A stretch of 64,000 bases of DNA from Candidatus Calescibacterium sp. (GTDB taxonomy: Bacteria > Calescibacteriota > Calescibacteriia > Calescibacteriales > Calescibacteriaceae). The stretch lies in contig JAVVGL010000001.1 in assembly GCA_032249135.1 (NCBI GenBank), positions 126,504 to 190,503 of the forward strand. Reading direction: 5' to 3'. Below, piece after piece: positions 37,849 through 48,600 of the stretch. Numbering within the stretch: position 1 is the stretch's first letter; the number at the start of each line of letters is the position of its first letter. Under the pieces are notes generated by a model, which was not told the origin of the DNA, searched no databases, and was given only the letters and a program-made list of their open reading frames with translations. A program made the position numbers and the translations under genes.

Positions 37849-38586
37849 TTAATCTGAGTTTTGGAAGACTTTTTTCAGCAAGCTTGCGTCTCCCTCAATT
37901 TTTTCTATTTCTACCTTCAAGCTCCCAAGAGTAAAGTTAAGTTGCATCTTTACAGGGAAAAGATTTTCCTTATCTAACCAAACTAACCATTTCTCTTTTG
38001 GTTTTATGGGACCTTTTGTCTCAACATCAGCTCCTAACTCAACAATTTTTGATTTAAAATTCCCCAACCGAGAACTCACAATTTCCTCACCAACCAAACT
38101 ATACGAAATGTAATAGTACTTATCTTCGTAGAAAATTTTCAATATACCGTTTTCGTATTTTGTAGCTTCTTTATATAAAATAAGACTTGCAGTATGAGGA
38201 TCAACAAACCCATCGTTTAAGAATTCCCCAAACTCTTCTGTTTTTTCCTTCCGCGCATAAATCACCTTTTTCACATATATTTTATCTCCCTTGAAGATGT
38301 AATATTGATCTCTTCTGAATCCAATTTCATCCTGATGATAAAAGAATTTTTTTGGTTTGAGCTCCTGCAAATCTATTATAGACCAACCAAAATTATGCAC
38401 CTTTTTTACGATATTACCGAAACTTAAAGTTTTTGCTAAACTTGATATTACAAAATTTTCCCCATCTTTTTTATAACCTATGCAAATCTGAGCTGTTGGG
38501 AAGAAAATAAAATAAGCTTTGTAGCATGTTTTCAGCTCTTCTATATTAGCTATAAAATACAAAAAAATCAAATAATAATGAAACAC
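37849..38586 (-). CDS. Hypothetical protein
   Basis: 245-aa ORF with an N-terminal hydrophobic segment. No recognisable motif. Directly downstream of the RCC1-repeat gene on the same strand. Confidence 0.4.
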   Translation of the reverse strand: MFHYYLIFLYFIANIEELKTCYKAYFIFFPTAQICIGYKKDGENFVISSLAKTLSFGNIVKKVHNFGWSIIDLQELKPKKFFYHQDEIGFRRDQYYIFKGDKIYVKKVIYARKEKTEEFGEFLNDGFVDPHTASLILYKEATKYENGILKIFYEDKYYYISYSLVGEEIVSSRLGNFKSKIVELGADVETKGPIKPKEKWLVWLDKENLFPVKMQLNFTLGSLKVEIEKIEGDASLLKKVFQNSD

Positions 38587-38614
38587 AAAAATAATTTTAG
38601 TCTGGAAATTTCAT

Positions 38615-40804
38615 TTATTGTTTGAGACTCATAATGCTGTCGGGAAGATGTCTATTTAATTTTGTTCTATCACCCAATTGTCCCTCTCCATTTGCTCCCC
38701 AGCACCACAGAGATCCATCTTGCTTTATCGCACAGGTATGAGAACCACCAGATGATACATCCGATATATCTCTCATAATTTCAACTGGGTAAGTTTTATC
38801 TTTGTTTGTTCCATCACCAACTTGACCTGTAAGATTTCCTCCCCAACACAAAAGAGTACCATCTCTCTTTACCGCACAAGTATGTTTATGACCTGTTGAA
38901 ACTCGCAAAATATCATTTGTAATTAAGATAGGAATATTTTTATTTTTCCTGGTTCCATCTCCTAATTGTCCGTCTCCATTTGCTCCCCAGCACCACAGAG
39001 ATCCATCTTGCTTTACCGCACAAGTGTGTGACCCACCAGCCGATACATCTATTGCCCCATTCATAATTTCAACCGGATATGTTTTATCTTCGTAAGTTCC
39101 ATCTCCAACTTGCCCATATTTATTCCATCCCCAACACCAAAGTGAGAAATCCTTCTTTATTACGCAGGTATGGAAAGCACCGGCAGCTACTCGCAAGACA
39201 TCCGTGGTAATTAAAACAGGGAAATTTTTTCCATCAAAAGTTCCATCACCTAATTGTCCTTCCTCATTTCCTCCCCAACACCAAAGTGAGAAGTCTTTTT
39301 TTACCGCGCAGGTATGTCTATAACCTGCTGAAACTTGCAAGACATCTGATGTAATTAGAACAGGAAAGTTTTTATCTTCAAAAGTTCCGTCTCCAAGTTT
39401 CCCTTCCTTATTTTCCCCCCAACACCACAAGGAATTATCCTTTCTTACGGCACATGTGTGAAGAGAACCTGCGGAAACTTGTATTACATCAGAGGTAATT
39501 TTGACAGGATAGTTTTTATTTTCATAAGTTCCATCGCCTAACTGACCATATCTATTTGCTCCCCAACACCAAAGTGAGTTATCTTGTTTTATCACACAAG
39601 TGTGCAATGCACCTGCTGAAACCTGCAATATTGCGGGAAGAATAGCAACTGGCAAATTTCTATCCTCAAAAGTTCCATCACCGAGCTGTCCTTCCTTGTT
39701 TCCTCCCCAACACCGCAAAGAACCATCGTATCTTATTACGCATGTATGCCTATAACCCGCTGAAACATGCAAAACTCCGAGAGAAACTATTGTTGGCAAA
39801 TTTTTGTCTTCAAAAGTCCCGTCTCCCAATTGACCTTCCCAGTTTCCTCCCCAACACCAAAGTGAGGAGTCGCTCTTTACTATACAGGTATGCCTATAAC
39901 CTGCTGCAACTTCAATGACATCGTTTGTGATGAAGACAGGAAAATTTTTATCTTCAAAAGTTCCATCTCCAACTTGTCCATATTTATTCCACCCCCAGCA
40001 CCAAAGGGATTTATCTTTCTTTATCGCACAGGTATGAGATTCTCCTGCTACGACTTTGATGACATCGTTTGTAATGAGGACAGGAAAATTTTTATCTTCA
40101 AAAGTTCCATCTCCGAGTTGCCCATATTTATTCCAGCCCCAGCACCAAAGTGAGTTATCTTTCTTTATCGCACAGGTGTGGAAAGCCCCTGCTGCAACTT
40201 GCAAAACGCCGGTGGTAATTGTCACTGGTTCGTCTTTGTTTATATATGATCTGTCACCCAGTTGCCCTTCCCAGTTCCCTCCCCAACACTGAAGTGTTCG
40301 GTTTTGTTTCTTTATTGCACAAGTGTGGAAAGAACCAACTGCAACATCTAAAACATTGAAGGTAACAAAAACGGGAAAATTTTTGTTTTTTGTGGTTCCA
40401 TCTCCAATCTGTCCATATTGGTTCCATCCCCAGCACCATAAAGAGGCGTCCTTCATTACAGCACAAGTATGAAAAGCCCCCGATGAAACCTTGGAAACTT
40501 TGGAAAAAATTTTATTGGCTAAATTTTTATTTTTATATGTTCTATCACCTAATTGCCCGAATTCATTCCATCCCCAGCACCAGAGAGAACCATCTTTCTT
40601 CAGAGCGCATGTATGAAAAGCTCCTGAGCTAATTGAAATTATATCCGATAAAGCTTCCGATATTAGAGCTTTTTCTTTTTTCATCTCTGATTTGAATAGT
40701 GTGAAAGATAAAATACAGAAGATGGGACTCAAAATTTTTATTATGATTTTGCTTTTCCTGTTCTCTGATGCATCAAGTCTTCTCCTATTTACTCTGAAAT
40801 TCAT
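38615..40804 (-). CDS. Secreted RCC1-repeat beta-propeller protein
   Basis: N-terminal signal peptide, then >12 tandem ~50-aa repeats of the form GxxHTCAxKKDxSLWCWGxNxxGQLGDGT (RCC1/BLIP-II signature), giving two seven-bladed-propeller-sized units. Confidence 0.8.
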   Translation of the reverse strand: MNFRVNRRRLDASENRKSKIIIKILSPIFCILSFTLFKSEMKKEKALISEALSDIISISSGAFHTCALKKDGSLWCWGWNEFGQLGDRTYKNKNLANKIFSKVSKVSSGAFHTCAVMKDASLWCWGWNQYGQIGDGTTKNKNFPVFVTFNVLDVAVGSFHTCAIKKQNRTLQCWGGNWEGQLGDRSYINKDEPVTITTGVLQVAAGAFHTCAIKKDNSLWCWGWNKYGQLGDGTFEDKNFPVLITNDVIKVVAGESHTCAIKKDKSLWCWGWNKYGQVGDGTFEDKNFPVFITNDVIEVAAGYRHTCIVKSDSSLWCWGGNWEGQLGDGTFEDKNLPTIVSLGVLHVSAGYRHTCVIRYDGSLRCWGGNKEGQLGDGTFEDRNLPVAILPAILQVSAGALHTCVIKQDNSLWCWGANRYGQLGDGTYENKNYPVKITSDVIQVSAGSLHTCAVRKDNSLWCWGENKEGKLGDGTFEDKNFPVLITSDVLQVSAGYRHTCAVKKDFSLWCWGGNEEGQLGDGTFDGKNFPVLITTDVLRVAAGAFHTCVIKKDFSLWCWGWNKYGQVGDGTYEDKTYPVEIMNGAIDVSAGGSHTCAVKQDGSLWCWGANGDGQLGDGTRKNKNIPILITNDILRVSTGHKHTCAVKRDGTLLCWGGNLTGQVGDGTNKDKTYPVEIMRDISDVSSGGSHTCAIKQDGSLWCWGANGEGQLGDRTKLNRHLPDSIMSLKQ

Positions 40805-41034
40805 TATTCAGGATAAATTTTAGCAAATTTGCTCCAATCATTAGACCAAGTCGGAATAACTCAAAAATTTGCAAAATACTTATTTACATCTCTCAACATT
40901 AAAATAAAATATTTATTAATTCCACGAGGAGATTGAATCAAAGATTAAAAATGCATTTTTATTTGTTTAGTGATTATTTTTGTTTTTATTTGAATTTTTG
41001 CTCCAAAAATTTTATCAAAAGGAGGTAAGCAAAT

Positions 41035-42972
41035 ATGGCGAAGAAAAGACCAATAGGGATTGACTTAGGAACAACAAATTCGGTTATAGCTACTATGGAA
41101 GGGAGCGATGTCAAAGTTATTCCTTCCGCGGAAGGTCCAACTACTGTTCCATCTGTTGTGGCGTGGACTCGTGAAGGAGAAGTTATAGTTGGTATTCCCG
41201 CAAAACGACAAGCAATAGTAAATGCTGAAAACACAGTATATTCAATAAAAAGATTCATGGGGAGAAGCTATGATGAGGCACAAGAAGAAGCTAAAAGAAT
41301 GCCTTACAAGGTTGTAAGGGGTCCACACAACGATGCCCGAGTTTATATTCCAGCTGTCGGAAAAGAATTTTCTCCGCCGGAGATCTCGGCTTTCATTTTG
41401 AGAAAGCTCGTGAGAGATGCAGAAGCTTATCTTGGAGAAAAGATAACCGATGTCGTCATCACTGTTCCCGCATATTTTAACGATGCTCAAAGACAAGCAA
41501 CAAAAGCAGCAGGTGAAATTGCAGGTTTGAATGTGTTGAGAATAATTAATGAACCAACAGCAGCAGCACTCGCTTACGGATTTGAGAAAAAAAAGAAAGC
41601 AAGAGTCGCAGTTTATGACCTTGGTGGAGGAACATTTGATATATCTGTTCTTGAAATAGGAGATGAAGTAATAGAAGTAAAATCAACGGGAGGAGATACT
41701 CATCTTGGAGGAGACGATTTTGATCAGGAAATAATAAACTGGCTTATAGAAGAATTCAAAAGAGAGACCGGAATTGACCTTTCAAAAGATAAGATGGCTC
41801 TGCAAAGACTAAAAGAGGCAGCAGAAAATGCGAAAAAAGAACTCTCTTCAAAGCTTGAAACAGAAATAAATTTACCATTCATCGCTGCTGATGCAACAGG
41901 TCCAAAACATCTTGTAAGAAAGCTCACACGCTCGCAATTTGAAAGAATGATAGAAAAGTATATAAACAGAACCCTTGAGATTATAGATAGAGTGATAAGA
42001 GATGGTGGCTTCAAACCCCGCGACATAGATGAAGTTATACTTGTTGGTGGTTCAACGAGAATTCCAAAAATTCAGGAGGAGTTGAAGAATTTCTTTGGTA
42101 AAGAGCCGATGAGAGGAATAAATCCAGACGAAGTTGTAGCCGTTGGAGCTGCTGTTCAAGCTGGTATAATTTTAGGTGCAGCAAAAGATATACTCCTACT
42201 TGATGTTATCCCCATATCTTTGGGAGTTGAAACTTACGGAGGAGTATTCACAAAAATAATAGAGAAAAATACAACAATTCCTATAAGGAGGTCTGAAATA
42301 TTCACAACTGCCGAAGATAATCAAACTGTTGTTGAAATTCATGTGCTACAAGGAGAGAGACCACTTGCAAGAGATAACAGAAGCCTCGGGAGATTCTACC
42401 TTGAAGGAATTCCACCTGCACCTCGTGGAGTTCCAAAAATAGAAGTGACTTTTGATGTAGATGTGAACGGGATTCTTACAGTTTACGCAAAAGAGTTATC
42501 AACTGGAAAAGAAGCATCAATAAGAATAGAGGGTTCAACAAATCTCACAAAAGAGGAAATTCAAAGGATGATGGAAGAAGCAAAAAGGTATGAAGAAGAA
42601 GACAGAAGGAAGTTGGAATTAGTTCAGGAGAAAAATAAACTTGACTCTCTTGTATATCAACTTGAAAAAACTATAAAAGAATTCAGAGACAAAATTCCTG
42701 CTGATTTGGTTTCTGATGCAGAAAGAATAATCCAGCGTGGAAAAGAAGTTTTCAGAAATTCAAATGATATAAATGAAGTCAGAGGAATGATGAGAGATGT
42801 TGAAAATGTAATGTCTCGCATATCTTCTCATATATATCAACAGAATATTGGTGGAACACAAACAGGAGGAGGATACACTAGCGGAAGCTATTCAGGCGGA
42901 AGTTCATCAGGTGGAAATAGCGGTAGTTCATCATCTTCCGATAATGTTGTTGATACTGATTGGAAAAAATAA
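41035..42972 (+). CDS. dnaK: Molecular chaperone DnaK (Hsp70)
   Basis: [29 protein letters not shown] signatures. 645 aa with a Gly/Ser-rich C-terminal tail. AGGAGG RBS 7 nt upstream. No grpE/dnaJ adjacent. Confidence 0.95.
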   Translation: MAKKRPIGIDLGTTNSVIATMEGSDVKVIPSAEGPTTVPSVVAWTREGEVIVGIPAKRQAIVNAENTVYSIKRFMGRSYDEAQEEAKRMPYKVVRGPHNDARVYIPAVGKEFSPPEISAFILRKLVRDAEAYLGEKITDVVITVPAYFNDAQRQATKAAGEIAGLNVLRIINEPTAAALAYGFEKKKKARVAVYDLGGGTFDISVLEIGDEVIEVKSTGGDTHLGGDDFDQEIINWLIEEFKRETGIDLSKDKMALQRLKEAAENAKKELSSKLETEINLPFIAADATGPKHLVRKLTRSQFERMIEKYINRTLEIIDRVIRDGGFKPRDIDEVILVGGSTRIPKIQEELKNFFGKEPMRGINPDEVVAVGAAVQAGIILGAAKDILLLDVIPISLGVETYGGVFTKIIEKNTTIPIRRSEIFTTAEDNQTVVEIHVLQGERPLARDNRSLGRFYLEGIPPAPRGVPKIEVTFDVDVNGILTVYAKELSTGKEASIRIEGSTNLTKEEIQRMMEEAKRYEEEDRRKLELVQEKNKLDSLVYQLEKTIKEFRDKIPADLVSDAERIIQRGKEVFRNSNDINEVRGMMRDVENVMSRISSHIYQQNIGGTQTGGGYTSGSYSGGSSSGGNSGSSSSSDNVVDTDWKK

Positions 42973-43041
42973 AATCTAAAATTGAAAAATAATTGTTCGT
43001 TTGAAATATAATCTTTCTGTAATCATATAAATTTCATTATT

Positions 43042-43707
43042 ATGGCTAAAAAGCAAGCAGAATTAATAAAATTTAGAATATCAGAAGATACAAAAATCAG
43101 AAAGAGAGGAAAAAAGACAAGGGAAAAAATTCTCAAAGTTGCTACAAAGCTTTTTGCAAAGTATGGATTTGCTGGGACAAGTATGGATGAAATAGCTGAG
43201 CGCGTTGGTATAAGAAAAGCATCTTTATATCATCATTTTTCAAGCAAACAAGAAATATATGAAGAACTCATAGAGAGAGTTTTCGCAGAAATAATTAAAA
43301 TATTTCAAGTTTCTTTTTCATCAGGCGATATATTGAAAGATGCGGAAAATTTCATAAGCAAAATAATGAATTTTATCCTTCAAAACGAGGACTATGTCAA
43401 AATACTTTTGAGGGAACTTTTAGACGAAAATCTTCCTGTAAAGCAGTTTGCATTAGAATATGTTCCGAAAATCCTATCATTTGGTTCAGAGATATTAGAG
43501 AGAGGCAGAAAAGAAGGGATTTTTAAAGAAAATGTTGATCCTATCCAGCTATCAATAACACTAACAGGAGCTATAATTATCTACTTTGTTTTCAGACCGG
43601 TTATAGAACCTTTTATAAAGTCTCCTTTTAGCAAAAAAGCAATTGCAGAAAGAGTAAAACACATTTCAGATGTTATATTATATGGAATTCTGTCTAATAG
43701 AAATTAA
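43042..43707 (+). CDS. TetR-family transcriptional regulator
   Basis: N-terminal HTH ILKVATKLFAKYGFAGTSMDEIAERVGIRKASLYHHFSSKQEIY matches the TetR_N signature. Confidence 0.8.
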   Translation: MAKKQAELIKFRISEDTKIRKRGKKTREKILKVATKLFAKYGFAGTSMDEIAERVGIRKASLYHHFSSKQEIYEELIERVFAEIIKIFQVSFSSGDILKDAENFISKIMNFILQNEDYVKILLRELLDENLPVKQFALEYVPKILSFGSEILERGRKEGIFKENVDPIQLSITLTGAIIIYFVFRPVIEPFIKSPFSKKAIAERVKHISDVILYGILSNRN

Positions 43708-43721
43708 GCGGGAAAAAGAAA

Positions 43722-44474
43722 ATGGGGGCAGAAACAGAATTTTTTAGAGAAGATGGGAGAAGATTTGATGAGATAAGAGAGGTAAAAATTGAATTGAATT
43801 ACATAAAATGGGCAGAAGGTTCATGCCTTATATCTTTGGGAGATACTCGGGTTATTTGTACCGCCTCCATACTCAACACAGTTCCAGCTTTTGCCAAAGA
43901 GAAAGGTATAGGATGGATTTTTGCCGAATACTCTATGCTCCCAAGATCAGTTGATGTAAGGACATCACGAACACAAAGCGGTAGATCCTACGAAATTCAA
44001 AGGATAATAGGTAGAGCCCTGAGAGCTGTCTGTGATTTACACTTACTTCAAGAGAGAACAATAGCAATAGATTGCGATGTTATTCAGGCAGATGGAAGCA
44101 CTCGCTGCGCATCAATTATAGGAGGATTTATATCTCTTTTCCTCGCTCTTTACAGGCTCTGGAAAGATGGAATTTTTATCACATTCCCAATAACACAACT
44201 TGTCTCCGCTGTATCCTGTGGTATAGTGAATGGAGTAAAGATGGTAGATCTTACATACAAAGAAGATTCAAATGCTGAGTGTGATATAACAGTTATATCA
44301 ACTAACAAAGGTTATTTGGTTGAAGTGCATGGGGGAGTTGAAAACGGAGGACTCATAACAAAAAAAGATTTTGATGAACTTGTTGAGATGGGAATTTCAG
44401 CAAATATGAAATATATGGAAATAGAGAAAAAAGTTCTTGAACCTTATATCAAAGAATTAAACCTAAATTTTTGA
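43722..44474 (+). CDS. rph: Ribonuclease PH
   Basis: DGRRFDEIREVKIELNYIKWAEGSCLISLGDTRVICTASI...RTSRTQSGRSYEIQRIIGRALRAV matches the RNase PH exoribonuclease domains. Confidence 0.9.
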   Translation: MGAETEFFREDGRRFDEIREVKIELNYIKWAEGSCLISLGDTRVICTASILNTVPAFAKEKGIGWIFAEYSMLPRSVDVRTSRTQSGRSYEIQRIIGRALRAVCDLHLLQERTIAIDCDVIQADGSTRCASIIGGFISLFLALYRLWKDGIFITFPITQLVSAVSCGIVNGVKMVDLTYKEDSNAECDITVISTNKGYLVEVHGGVENGGLITKKDFDELVEMGISANMKYMEIEKKVLEPYIKELNLNF

Positions 44475-44592
44475 CCTTAAAAGAAACCCAGTTATCAATC
44501 AACCATTAATCAATAATTAACTAAAAAATAATAAATAATTAATCAATCAATTATTTCCTATCAGTCGGTTATTCAGCTTAATAAAAAATCAG

Positions 44593-45273
44593 TTATTCAA
44601 CTTTAAAAAACGGGGGAAGAACTTCTGTTTTGTGTTTCACATCTTTTTGGCACATCAGCGCAAAAAAATCTGATTTAGATAGAGGTGAATGATGAAAAAA
44701 CTTTAAGAACACTGGTTTCAATCCTACCTTGTAAAAGTTTGAGAGAACCTCCCCAAGTCTAAAAGATGGATAGACAACATATACCCTTCCCTCCTTTTCC
44801 AAAATGTTTGAGGATATTTTTGCAAGTGTTTTGAGGTCAAGGTGTATTTCCCATTTTGCTATATCTGACTTTTTTGAAATCTTTCCCTCTCCTCTCGGTA
44901 AGTAGGGAGGATTAGAGACTACAATATTGAACTTCTGTTTGAAGTTTATTTGTTTTATATCACCGCATATTATATGAGCTTTCACATTATTATTTTTGTA
45001 ATTTAAACCTGAAACCAAAGCCATTTTTTTATCTATTTCTACCGATACAAGAAATTTTTCGCCTTTAAGCCACCTTGAAAGTAAAATCGTTATGATTCCA
45101 CATCCGCTCCCTATTTCAAGTAATTTCTTCTTCTTATCTTCTATTTTATTTTCTATCTCTGCCGTGAATTTTGCAAGAAAAATTGAATCATCTGAGAACT
45201 TCCATTTATCTTTCAACTGAAATATGCTTACATCAAAAATTTTAGTTTCTTCAAGTTCATATTCTTGGAACAT
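44593..45273 (-). CDS. SAM-dependent N6-adenine/N5-glutamine-type methyltransferase (NPPY motif; YfiC/TrmN6-like)
   Basis: SAM-binding motif LEIGSGCGIITILLS and catalytic VVSNPPYLP motif. Confidence 0.65.
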   Translation of the reverse strand: MFQEYELEETKIFDVSIFQLKDKWKFSDDSIFLAKFTAEIENKIEDKKKKLLEIGSGCGIITILLSRWLKGEKFLVSVEIDKKMALVSGLNYKNNNVKAHIICGDIKQINFKQKFNIVVSNPPYLPRGEGKISKKSDIAKWEIHLDLKTLAKISSNILEKEGRVYVVYPSFRLGEVLSNFYKVGLKPVFLKFFHHSPLSKSDFFALMCQKDVKHKTEVLPPFFKVE

Positions 45274-45472
45274 AAGACCAAAATAATAAAATAAAATAAT
45301 AACCTAAACATTGTTGTTTAGATGATTTTGAAAAAATCCGGAAAAACTCTGAATTTTCCTAAAACCTCCAAAATCACAAATTCTTGACTTCTTTATCAAA
45401 AATGATTATTGTTTTTTATATAGAGAAAGAAAAATAAAAAAGGAGGAAACCAAAAAATGTCTGCGAATGTAA

Positions 45473-45490
45473 AGAGAGAGAGAGAGAGAG
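45473..45490. repeat. (AG)9 dinucleotide repeat between an RBS/ATG (45441-45459) and the RHS-toxin reading frame
   Basis: Direct reading: aggaggaaaccaaaaaATGtctgcgaatgtaaAGAGAGAGAGAGAGAGAGgttggacgg. The ATG frame hits TAG at 45508. With one extra AG unit it becomes in frame with the lipoprotein signal peptide and ORF 45653-51607. Confidence 0.9.
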
Positions 45491-45652
45491 GTTGGACGGA
45501 AGCTCAATAGAGGATACCTCACTTCCTTCTTCTTCATCTCTCCTTTCTCCCTTTTCTCATTTTTCTCTCTTTTATTTATTTTCAGTTGCCAAAAAGAATC
45601 AAAAAGCAAATTTTTCATATCAGAAAAAGGTGGAGTTGTTGAAAAAGATGAG

Positions 45653-48600
45653 TTGAAAATAGTTATTCCAGATGGTGCTTTGGATGAACCAAAAGAAATT
45701 GAAATCAAAAAAGTAAAAATGAAAGGTGCAGTAGGTCCCGCATTCCAAATCTCTCCCGACATCAAATTCAAAATCCCTGCCGAAATATCTATAAAATATG
45801 AAAATAATAGCAATATCAACATCAAAACACAACAAAAAATAAAAGAAGAAGAGTTTTTGAGAATTGCTTTCTATGATAATGATAACAAAACTTGGGTACC
45901 TTATGAAAGCTATTTTGATGGACAAAGAGTTTTTGCAAAAACAGACCACCTTTCAACATGGGCTATCGTGAGCGATATGCTCTTCCCTGACCCTTCATCC
46001 TCATTCTCATCTTCTTCTTCATATGAACCACCAGCGGGTGAAGTCCCGCCACTCAAAGTAGAAGAGTTCAGTGTGCAAAATTTTAGAATGTCATCAAGAT
46101 TTTCCCAAAAGAGTGAATCAGAACTCAGCTATGAGGAGTTTTCAATTGGGAATTTTGCATCAATTTTGAGGGTAGATGAAGAAGGGAATGTTTGGTTTGC
46201 AGAACATGGATTTTTGAACCAATACGCAACTTATATTGGAAAACTTGATACAAGAACTGGTCAGGTGAAACTCTGGTGGCTTCCAGCTGGAAATTGGGTA
46301 TCAGATATAGAGGTAAAAGGCAGATATGTTTGGATAGTTTTGAGGTTAGGTCCTGACCTTGTGAGGTTCAACATGGACACAGAGACTTTCAAGTATTTCA
46401 GGGTTCCATCATATATAGGAAGTTGGCCATATGAGATAGATTTTGATGGAGATGGGAACATATGGATGACGGTGACAGTAGGGAGAGCGGTAGCAAAGTT
46501 TGATGTGAGACAAGAAAGTTTTGTTTTTTATTTCAGGATACCAGTTGGTTGGTGGACAGCGGGAGTGAAAGTAGATGGTAACAAAGTATGGGTGACAGAG
46601 ACATATTCTTGCGTAGGACCGTTCATTTACTATGTGAATGAGGGGAGGTTGAAACAGCTTTACCCATCAGAAAGATTCTGTCCCGGGACATTTTACATTT
46701 TGGAGGGAAAAGCGGTAGGAGGTATGGGAGGAGATAGGTTAGGGATTTTGGATGAGGAAGGAGTATTAGATGTTCATGGGATAGGATTAGAGTTCAGTGG
46801 ATGGATGGGAGTAAGAAAGGAAGATAGGAGTGTGTGGGCAGGGGGAAATAACTATGTTTTTTGGTATTCGGTAGGAGAAAGGATGATAAGAGGTAGGGCA
46901 AATTTTGAGAGTGGAGCAGGAGTGATAGCGGTGGAGGTAGATTTTGAGGGGAATGCGTGGGCAATTTTGAGGAATGTAAAGAAGGTGGTGAAGATAAAGT
47001 CAAAACCTGTTGTTTTAGGATGTGATAAGACATGCGGAGGTGGAGATGAGCAAACACCACTTGTTCATATAGGGCATAATCTTCATGTAAATTTAGTCTC
47101 AGGTAATCTTTATGAGGTTTTCCCTCTATTTGAATTTGATCCCGATTCATTGGGTTTGCAAGTTAGCTTGATTTACAATAGTTTAGACGAAAGTTCATCG
47201 TCTTTAGGACCAAGGTGGAGAACAAATTGGGATATAAGAATTATTCCCAAAGGGGAAGATTTAATTCTTATTTGGGAGGATGGAAAAAGAATAATCTACA
47301 AAAAAGTTTCACAAGGTACCTGGATATCGGATGAAAGAACAGCTTTCAAATCTATTCCCAAAATAACTTTTGATGGTTCTAACTATATTCTCCACCAAAG
47401 GGGAGGAACAATAAGAAAATTTGATAACGAAGGTAAAATTATTCTTATTGAAGATAGGAGAGGAAACAGATGGAATTTCATATATGAAGGTAATTTGTTA
47501 GTTAAGATTGTTGATCCTGTTGGGAGAAACATAGAATTCAAATATTCTGACGGAAAATTAAAGTCAATCAGAGATCCCATAGGAAATGAATGGGAATTTA
47601 GTTATGATGAAAGCGGTAGACTTGCTGCAATAAAAGACCCTCTTGGTGGTACTACTCATTATATTTACGACAATATGAATAGAATAATTGAAAAGAAAGA
47701 TGCTCTTGGGGTTCCTTTGAGGATAGTTTACGATGAAAAAGGTAGAGTTGCTAAATCAATAGATATGAAAGGACACGAGCTTTCCATAGCTTATAGTGGC
47801 AATACTGTTATCTTAACCAGCAGAAGAGGAATTACCCAAAGAATTGAGGTTGATAGTAATCTTAATGTTATTAAATTGCAAAGCGATCAATTGGGTAATA
47901 CATATAGATTTGAGTACGATGAAAGGGGAAATCTTATAAAGCAAATTACTCCATCTGGATTAAAGTTTGAGTATAAGTATGATGATGAAGGAAACTTGGT
48001 ACAAATAAAAGAACCCACAGGTGCAACCAAAAGCTATAAGTATAACCAATTCGGAGATATTGTGGAATATAAAAACGAGGCAGGTGGTATTTGGAGATAT
48101 GAATATGATGAAAAAGGAAATCTTATAAAGGAAATAGATCCTGTTGGAAGGGAGAAAAAATTCTTCTACAGCACCTTGGGAAACTTAACTGCAACAATTG
48201 ATCAACTCGGAAGAGTGTGGAGATATTCGTACGATGAATATGGTCATCTCAAAGAAGAAATAGATCCACTAGGAAATGTTAGAAAATACAGCTATGACAT
48301 ACTTGGAAGATTGATTTCACAGAAAAGTCCAAGAGGATATACAGTAACCTACGAGTATGACGCTCTTGGTAGATTGATAAAATTCACCGATCAATTAGGA
48401 AACAGCTTTATTCGGGTTTATAATTCTCGGGGAGAAGTTATATATAAAGAAGATCCTCATGAAGGAAGGTTAAGACTTTACTACGATTACAATATGAACC
48501 TCACAGCTGTTGTCGATGAACTTGAAAGAATTGGATATATGAATTACGACCATGACGGGAATCTTATTGAGAAAATAGATTTTGGTGGGGGTAGATGGGT

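Noticed and set aside
40805-41034. CIRCE (HrcA operator) upstream of dnaK
   Set aside because: Only an imperfect spacer-less dyad TTAGCAAA/TTTGCTCC is present. The canonical TTAGCACTC-N9-GAGTGCTAA is not seen.
45406-45949. Two overlapping minus-strand ORFs (139 and 109 aa) upstream of and overlapping the RHS 5' end
   Set aside because: The Phe/Ile/Ser-rich translations are antisense to the RHS signal-peptide and N-terminal region, and there is no RBS. They are artefacts of the AT-rich, repeat-containing region.
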